Shown here piece after piece: positions 62,501 to 64,000 of a stretch of DNA of 64,000 nucleotides. How positions within the stretch are numbered: the stretch's first letter is position 1; each line of letters begins with the position of its first letter. The notes beneath the pieces were generated by a model. It was given only the letters and a program-made list of their open reading frames with translations, searched no databases and was not told the origin of the DNA. This DNA is from Vitrella brassicaformis CCMP3155. Its lineage: Eukaryota > Protista > Chromerida. The stretch spans positions 173,591 through 237,590 of the forward strand of contig CDMY01000947.1 of NCBI GenBank assembly GCA_001179505.1. The letters are read 5' to 3'. Made by a program: the position numbers and the translations under genes.

Positions 62501-63443
62501 TCATGTCTCCCGCTGTGCAGTCTCTTGATGAACATTCTGACGGAATACAGCGAGATGGAGGCCGACACGCGGGCTGCCGAACAACAGGACTCCCGATCGT
62601 ACAAAACGGTCAGCCAGCAAAAAATGTATTCGTCCTTTGCTGCGCTGCATTCCCATCCGTATGTCGTCAGTATATGGACGAGGCCTCCAGCCAGAAAGCG
62701 ACCATGGAGAGCGACGTCAAGCAGAAGAGCAACAAGGTGGATGAGCTCAAGGCGTCCATCGAAGCACTCCAGGTGGGTGGGTATACACGGGGGACACACC
62801 GACAGACACCCAGCAAAGCCCCTCTCTGCATACATCCATCAGAAAAGGACGAAACAGCTGGGCAAGGAGCTGCACGCGGTTCAGAAGTACCTTGCAGACC
62901 TCGACCATCCATGTGGTGAGCAAACAAGCGCAAAGAAGATAATGGCTGCATCATGAGATCGTGGTGGTGTATGCGATTGCTGAGTCATCAGGTGAGGGTG
63001 AGTCAACTTACGAGGACCGCAAGAAGGCCCGCTCGGACGAAATCGCCGCCCTCGGCTCAGCGCTCACCACGCTCAAGGAGGCATTCGATAGTGTAAGAAA
63101 CAACACAACCACATCCACAACGTGTCTCACCTCCTTGTGCGTGTCTTACCGTCAGATGGAGGTGGCCAAGGCCCAGACCCCGGTGTACACACCTCCCCCT
63201 CCTGCACAGCAGCCCGCAGCACTCGCCAGCCATGCAAACAACCACACCCTCTCGTCCCAGCCAGCCACCCAGCGACAGAACTCCACACAAGCATCGATCA
63301 CGGCTGGCGTGACCAACAACAAGGCTGATGACGGGCCCCTCTTGCCGGTGGCGAGCCTCGCGGCGCCTGAAACATCAGAGAAGAAAGCCTTGTCCTTCCT
63401 GAGGAGCAAGAGAACGGTGCATGCACACGCGGCCGTTGGATAG
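59553..63443 (+). CDS. Secreted, internally duplicated long coiled-coil protein (alveolate family; architecture resembles trichocyst/mucocyst matrix precursors)
   Basis: Signal peptide MIFLFAALAAASSAAA. Two homologous halves: HPVGNVITLIQNL / PFKTIKEQIQKL...NWCDREM; KSGSVIEVLQTL...EMNAQQTY / LLMNILTEYSEMEADTRAAEQQDSRSY; TCAQQK...LETMDKAIEIL / PCG...YEDRKKARSDEIAALGSALTTL. About 19 exons, with an assembly gap inside one exon. Confidence 0.8.
60327..60626. other. Assembly gap (N run) inside an exon, followed by poly-C
   Basis: 300 N between codons for PPAAA and PPPPPIPQ. Confidence 0.99.
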
Positions 63444-64000
63444 GTTTGCCATGCTGGTCCTTCCCTCCCGCTTGGCGCGTGTACTCTGCTCATGTTTGGT
63501 GCTTCTGCGGCCCTCGCATTGCCGGAGGAGGCTGGGCTGCCCGGGAATAGACAGACAGGGCGGGAAAATGTGCAGTCCAGCAAACACTTTGACTCATGGT
63601 GACTGACCGTGCCATCGCAGGTCTCATGTGTGTGCATGAATCTGTGTCTGTGGTTTAATGCGTGTCTCGGTGAGATGCGGCCCATACACCGGAACAAATG
63701 AGCCTGCTATCCTCCTCGACACGCACTCCATCGGCTACTGTAGCCCACACCCAGCACCAAACTGTCAGAAGTGCAAGTCGGTCCAGGGTTTAGGGTCTAG
63801 GGTTCATAGACCGACGATCCACTGATCTGTGAGACAGGACGGCTGTTGAGTCTTTGTCCGTTCCATGAGACAGGCCATGGCGGACAGGACGTCAGACAGA
63901 ATGGACTGACGCATACTACATGTCCTACGTGGACTCTCCACAAAAACCACAGACCTTACGTTGCATTGACTTAATCCTTTATCCGGGACTGACCGCCCGG

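Noticed and set aside
1-64000. CRISPR arrays, rRNA/tRNA genes, transposase or reverse-transcriptase ORFs, terminal inverted repeats
   Set aside because: None recognised; all repeats seen are simple microsatellites or coding low-complexity tracts.

Overview
Intron-dense, GC-rich eukaryotic genomic DNA. Most introns are ~70-150 nt and full of (CA)n/(TG)n/(GACA)n/(GGAT)n tracts. This style, plus BTB-TLDc paralogs and an alveolate-type secreted coiled-coil family, fits a chromerid alveolate such as Vitrella (inference only). The six-frame ORF track is mostly exon fragments and antisense shadows. Splicing by hand gives 18 protein-coding genes, in order: triple-CCCH zinc finger; RCC1-repeat protein; ~2,000-aa type I surface protein; BTB-BTB-TLDc copy 1; 6TM-PAS-PAS protein with no output domain; coiled-coil gene with an in-frame TAG; His-rich GPI-anchored protein; Dicer/RIG-I/FANCM-type helicase apparently lacking Walker B; sarcosine-oxidase-family flavoprotein; hypothetical protein; small secreted protein; BTB-BTB-TLDc copy 2 (inverted); CENP-C; AIG1/rolling-stone-like membrane protein; 14-3-3 with a 7-nt microexon; coiled-coil protein; secreted 10-EF-hand protein; secreted two-fold coiled-coil protein resembling extrusome matrix proteins. 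Fourteen of the 18 genes form head-to-head pairs with only 59-398 bp between start codons. I found no rRNA, tRNA, CRISPR array or recognisable transposon. There are two ~300-N assembly gaps. The best candidates for an undescribed system are the EF-hand/matrix-like gene pair sharing a 59-bp dyad-symmetric spacer, the His-rich GPI protein and the catalytic-domain-less PAS sensor. All gene models and domain calls were made by eye and need RNA-seq and HMM confirmation.
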